In this document: piece after piece, positions 63,501 to 64,000 of the stretch
Position numbering within the stretch: the stretch's first letter is position 1
How the letters are laid out: each line of letters opens with the position of its first letter
From: Takakia lepidozioides
Taxonomy: Eukaryota; Plantae; Bryophyta
Reading direction: 5' to 3'
Assembly: GCA_030704615.1 (NCBI GenBank)
Contig: CM060734.1
Span: 6,138,001-6,202,000 of the forward strand
DNA length: 64,000 nt
Notes under the pieces: generated by a model
Databases searched by the model: none
What the model was told of the DNA's origin: nothing
Seen by the model: only the letters and a program-made list of their open reading frames with translations
Program-made: the position numbers and the translations under genes

Positions 63501-64000
63501 ACCACAGAAAGAACCTGCTGAGTGCATTTGACAAACAAATCCGCATTGCAGATCCAGGTCTCGGCTCAGAGTTCCTGGAGTAGGTGAAAGTGCACTACAA
63601 CAAGTATGGAACTAAACCCAAAATGACTCAAGAGAAACTGCATCGCCTGTCCATTTCAATGGTGGACACCGCAACCAAAATCAGATGGTTGGAGATTTGG
63701 AACTTGGATCCTCTGGTGAAGGACACGTATGGGTTTCCAAGAACAGAGAAAGACCCCAAAACCAATGTGATAAAAGTGGTGAGCGACCACTCCTTCGACC
63801 AATGGCTTCACAAAGCTACATTCTGGAGCCAGGTGAGAGAAACAACCGATTCATTATGGCAGTTTGTATTTTTCCAGTAATTTCGTGTTGTTTGCCTCCG
63901 TAGCCTCACATTCACCTTGTTGGGGCAGCTGGAGAAGCGTGCTATGGCAGCACTGGGAGAGTCCTTGACTGACTACAAAATCACCATGACAACACCCAGA
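60582..64000 (+). pseudogene. Spliced accessory gene with ParB/Sulfiredoxin-like domain (runs off the window)
   Basis: Predicted GT-AG introns ~61185-62376, 63010-63102, 63292-63387 and 63832-63928. Exon 2 encodes IPLCRMISMPAVRPALRNDIRKLKNDF…FYVS…FFVWDGNHRLLAW. In-frame stops are present. Confidence 0.65.
61254..62327. repeat. Phased array of 24-bp palindromes CAACCTTGCGT(CA/TG)ACGCAAGGTTG
   Basis: Copies at 61257, 61347, 61454 (partial), 61527, 61612, 61697 (half), 61753, 61838, 61922, 62007, 62091, 62176 and 62260. Spacing is 84-85 bp, with a 169-bp higher-order unit. Confidence 0.95.

Overview
A window of land-plant nuclear DNA, probably from a non-seed plant such as a bryophyte, lycophyte or fern (inferred from the PPR/OSB fragments and transposon types, not proven). 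It consists almost entirely of nested, decaying transposable elements, and no intact host gene was found. (1) Two diverged, oppositely oriented copies of one composite unit: palindrome array -> hAT transposase -> palindrome array -> ~850-codon RING-H2 accessory gene -> ~121-bp tandem array. Copy A lies at ~0.8-8.9 kb (minus) and copy B at ~25.3-40.6 kb (plus). Each copy has its own co-varied palindrome (GCGACCACC..GGTGGTCGC vs GCGACCGCC..GGCGGTCGC). (2) A complete Pack-CACTA (32868-37644, TSD CAC) splits the copy-B RING gene and carries scrambled OSB-type PDF-motif and PPR exons. The same cargo recurs at 12.7-16.6 kb and 23.2-25.3 kb. (3) An intronless protein-kinase pseudogene. (4) A rearranged non-chromovirus Ty3/Gypsy element (43.7-57.2 kb). 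(5) A Mutator-type DDE transposase with a GCM-like zinc domain, head-to-head with a spliced accessory gene carrying a ParB/Srx-like DGNHRLLA (GxxRxxA) motif. That gene's first intron holds about 13 regularly phased 24-bp palindromes. Minor elements are a LINE RT fragment, a Gypsy integrase relic, two related tRNA-like SINEs, a Mutator MITE with a 9-bp TSD, a CACTA-like foldback and several tandem repeats. All family assignments come from recognising motifs by eye; no database search was run.
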